Of a stretch of DNA of 64,000 bases, positions 61,234 through 64,000 are shown in pieces. The notes beneath the pieces were generated by a model, which worked only from the letters and a program-made list of their open reading frames with translations, had not been told where the DNA came from and made no database searches. Numbering within the stretch: position 1 is the stretch's first letter; every line of letters begins with the position of its first letter. The stretch is from the NCBI GenBank assembly GCA_963662545.2, contig CAXXLL010000003.1, positions 1,728,001 to 1,792,000 on the forward strand. Reading direction: 5' to 3'. The position numbers and the translations under genes were made by a program. This DNA comes from Gammaproteobacteria bacterium (GTDB lineage Bacteria; Pseudomonadota; Gammaproteobacteria; Ga0077536).

Positions 61234-62573
61234 CTGAGGAATCCCCATAAAACTCCAACGAAATACAAAGCGATAGATTGATTTGTGGGTTCGTGGAATC
61301 TGCATGGCTCGAGTTGATCTCAGTTGTTGCAAGACAATCTGTGAACGACGAGGTGAGCCATGCAGGTATTGAAATTGTTACATGAAATGAGCAGCGAAGC
61401 GCTATACGGTGTGCATTTGGGTCGTCGACTCTCGGTTTGGGCGGCGGTCGGCGGTTTACTTCGGGGCCGACGTTTGTGGCTGACGCATATCGGTCGGAGC
61501 ATAGACAGTGGCACGAGCGAGAAACACGCGATTAAGCGCGTCGATCGCTTGCTGGGTAATCGTCAGCTCGGTGGTGAGCGTTTGCAGTGGTATCAATGGA
61601 TAGCTCGGTTATTGGTATCGGACTGTGCGCATCCGGTGGTGTTGGTGGATTGGTCTAATCTGGATCAACGTCAAGAGCTCTATGTATTGCGGGCGGCCTT
61701 AGCGGTCGGTGGTCGAGCCATCCCCGTGTATGAAGAAGTCGAACACCATTACGCGAGTGTCAAAGCGGAGAAACGCTTTCTGAAGCGACTGAAGGCCATT
61801 CTGCCTGCGGGCTGTTGTCCGATCTTGGTCAGTGATGCAGGATTTCGGACGCCCTGGTTGAGTCTTGTGGCCTCAATGGGATGGTATTACGTGGGTCGCA
61901 TCCGTCATCGTCACCTCGTGCGAGGTATGGATGAGGCGGCATGGCATTCGAACAAAGTGCTCTACGGCCAAGCCAATGCTCGTCCGAAGTCACTGGGTCG
62001 TTTTTTGATCACGAAAAGTAATCCGCTGGACACCCATTTATTCGTTTACAAAGGTAAGAAACGCGGGCGTGTCTGCTATACGGCTTACGGCAAACCGGCG
62101 CGGGCTCGCAATACCGAGAAACCGTCGGCAGCGGCGCGTGAGCCGTGGTTATTGGCCAGCAATCTGCCGGACAACCTTCGTAGTGCGCATCGGGTAGTTG
62201 CCGTGTATCGTCGCCGCATGCAGATTGAAGAGAGCTTCCGCGACATGAAGTCGCCCCGTTACGGCTTTGCACTTAGAGAAAACATGGGACGTGATCCCGA
62301 GAGAGTGGCGAACTTACTCTTGCTGTGCGCATTGGCCACACTGGCCCAATGGTTGGTCGGCTTGGTCGGTTACCAAACAGGTTTAGTGAAAGGTTTACAG
62401 GCCAATACCGAAAGACGTAAGCCCGTCCTATCCGTGGTATTCGTTGGTGCTCGCCTCATTGCCAAGCAACTTCAAATCCAGCGCTCAACTTTATTACAGG
62501 CGCTCCGGGATCTACAGGCACGCGCCATTGTGCAACTTGAATTTTGCTAGTCGAATTTGTGGGGATCCCTCAA
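61234..62573 (+). mobile_element. IS4-family (IS10-like) element, copy 2 (1340 bp)
   Basis: Near-identical inverted copy of 58480-59819; duplication GGTGTCAGG (61225-61233, 62574-62582); terminal base A instead of G. Confidence 0.93.
61360..62550 (+). CDS. IS4-family transposase
   Basis: Protein identical to 58503-59693. Confidence 0.95.
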   Translation: MQVLKLLHEMSSEALYGVHLGRRLSVWAAVGGLLRGRRLWLTHIGRSIDSGTSEKHAIKRVDRLLGNRQLGGERLQWYQWIARLLVSDCAHPVVLVDWSNLDQRQELYVLRAALAVGGRAIPVYEEVEHHYASVKAEKRFLKRLKAILPAGCCPILVSDAGFRTPWLSLVASMGWYYVGRIRHRHLVRGMDEAAWHSNKVLYGQANARPKSLGRFLITKSNPLDTHLFVYKGKKRGRVCYTAYGKPARARNTEKPSAAAREPWLLASNLPDNLRSAHRVVAVYRRRMQIEESFRDMKSPRYGFALRENMGRDPERVANLLLLCALATLAQWLVGLVGYQTGLVKGLQANTERRKPVLSVVFVGARLIAKQLQIQRSTLLQALRDLQARAIVQLEFC

Positions 62574-62717
62574 GGTGTCAGGTTTATTTACTTGGAAGTT
62601 GGAAAAAATAAACCTGACACCTTTTCTTGACACCTAAAGGGTACTGACCCCTTATTCGGGCGTCGGCTTGTAGAGTTGTAGATAGTGAAGACTTGACCCC
62701 TTAAGACCCCTTAACAT

Positions 62718-64000
62718 TTAGGCGTTGCGGTCAACTTTTGAGAAGTATTCAACACTAGCAGACACCACCCGCGGTGCGAGCAAAACCGTCGCGATGAGAT
62801 TGGGAATGACCATCAGCGCAAACGCGGTGTCCACCATATTGACCGTGGTCGCGGGACTCCAGACCGCCGCCAAGGGGATCAATACGAGATAGAAATACAC
62901 AAAGTGGCCGCCGCGCTCGTGTCCGAAAAGATAACGCGCGCACTTTATGCTGTAGTAGGCGTAGGTAATCATCGTCGTTACCGCGAATAAGGTGAAGATG
63001 ACGCCGAGCACGGCGGCGCCGAAACCGGGCATGCTGCTTTCGAATGCCTGCGCGGTCATGACGACACCCGCCTCGTGGGGTGCCACGCCGCTCGTAAGGA
63101 TTACGAGAGCCGTCAGCGTGCAGACCACGTGCGTATCGATGAAGGGTCCGAGCATTGCCACCAGCCCTTCGCGAACGGGTTCATTCGTGCGCGCTGCGCC
63201 GTGCGCCATCGCCTCCGTCCCAACGCCGGCTTCATTAGAGAAGACCGCCCGTTTGACCCCGGTGACGAGGATCTCTTTGACGGTGAGGCCGGCTGCGCCG
63301 CCAAGGGCCGAGTCGGCGTCGAAAGCGCCCGCGACGATCGCGGTGAGCACGGCGGGAACCTGCGCTGCATTGTCGAGAATGACCACGACCGCCCCGAGTA
63401 GATAGCCGATGCACATAGCCGGCACCAGCAGGCCCGCGACGCGACCGACCCGGGCTGCGCCGCCGATCACGACCGTGCCGACGATGAGCATGGCGGCGAG
63501 CCCGGTCGCAAGCTGTGTGATCGACCATTGCTCGGCCAGCAGATTGGCGAGCTGATTCGATTGAAAGACGCCGAGGCACCCAACCATACCGCAGGCGGCG
63601 AATGCTACGGCAAGCGGCCGGTAGCGCCGGCCGAGCCCGACTTCGATGTAGTACATCGGGCCGCCCTGCATGACGCCCTGGGCATCGGGCTTGCGGTACA
63701 TACACGACAGGGTGCAGGTGAAAAACTTGGTCGCCATGCCGAGCGCGCCCGCGACCCACATCCAGAACACGGCACCGGAACCGCCTACGGTAATCGCGAT
63801 GGCGACACCGGCGATGTTGCCCATGCCGATGGTGCCTGACAGGGCCGCGCTCAGCGCCCGGAAATGACTGATCTCGCCGGGGTCGCGGGCCCGGTCGTAG
63901 CGCCCGGACAGGATGGCGAACGCATGACCCATGTGCCGTAAAGGCGCAAGGCGGCTGATCACTGTGAAATAAAGGCCGGCCGAGCCTAGCATCACGACCA
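62718..64000 (-). CDS. Alanine/glycine:cation symporter (5' end outside window)
   Basis: GTIGMGNIAGVA, GGPMYY, FSNEAGVG, FIDTHVVC. Confidence 0.93.
   Translation of the reverse strand, partial: VVMLGSAGLYFTVISRLAPLRHMGHAFAILSGRYDRARDPGEISHFRALSAALSGTIGMGNIAGVAIAITVGGSGAVFWMWVAGALGMATKFFTCTLSCMYRKPDAQGVMQGGPMYYIEVGLGRRYRPLAVAFAACGMVGCLGVFQSNQLANLLAEQWSITQLATGLAAMLIVGTVVIGGAARVGRVAGLLVPAMCIGYLLGAVVVILDNAAQVPAVLTAIVAGAFDADSALGGAAGLTVKEILVTGVKRAVFSNEAGVGTEAMAHGAARTNEPVREGLVAMLGPFIDTHVVCTLTALVILTSGVAPHEAGVVMTAQAFESSMPGFGAAVLGVIFTLFAVTTMITYAYYSIKCARYLFGHERGGHFVYFYLVLIPLAAVWSPATTVNMVDTAFALMVIPNLIATVLLAPRVVSASVEYFSKVDRNA

Larger units (their letters stand above)
61052..62710. repeat. Nested palindromic repeat arms enclosing IS4 copy 2
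   Basis: Outer perfect 17-bp IR GGGGTCAAGTCTTCACT (61062-61078) / AGTGAAGACTTGACCCC (62684-62700); inner AAAAGGTGTCAGGTTTATTT / AAATAAACCTGACACCTTTT. Confidence 0.8.

Noticed and set aside
58480-62573. Single composite-transposon insertion carrying HiPIP
   Set aside because: Each IS has its own complete duplication and its own palindrome right arm, favouring two independent insertions

Overview
Origin-proximal core chromosome of a high-GC gammaproteobacterium. Gene order: purH, fis-dusB, prmA, accBC-aroQ, dsbD-cutA, fxsA, ilvE, an LPS/glycan cluster (GT9/GT4/ELM1/sulfotransferase), mnmE-yidC-rnpA-rpmH / dnaA-dnaN-recF-gyrB (DnaA boxes, two parS sites), comF-bioBFCD, a heme-A cytochrome c oxidase operon, rpoH (with CIRCE)-ftsXEY, M16 peptidases-rsmD-coaD-ggt, mutM. 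The last ~10 kb is accessory. No rRNA, tRNA or CRISPR was seen. The most interesting layer is the small mobile DNA. (1) At least four families of 160-260 bp MITE-like elements sit inside core operons. They have different terminal repeats but several share an internal TAG-N6-CTA hairpin core, and one family carries a stop-restart (TGA-GAT-ATG) in its terminal repeat that supplies the cyoE start codon. (2) Two IS10-like IS4 copies are each inserted at the identical position of a GGTGTCAGG...CCTGACACC palindrome, bracketing a HiPIP gene and an orphan integron cassette. (3) An ISL3 rewrites the Fis C-terminus. (4) A PEP-CTERM gene with a full sigma-54/enhancer promoter lies between two IS91/ISCR oriIS-like repeats. 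(5) rnpA lacks a canonical start codon downstream of rpmH. All calls are by-eye motif recognition; no database searches were run.
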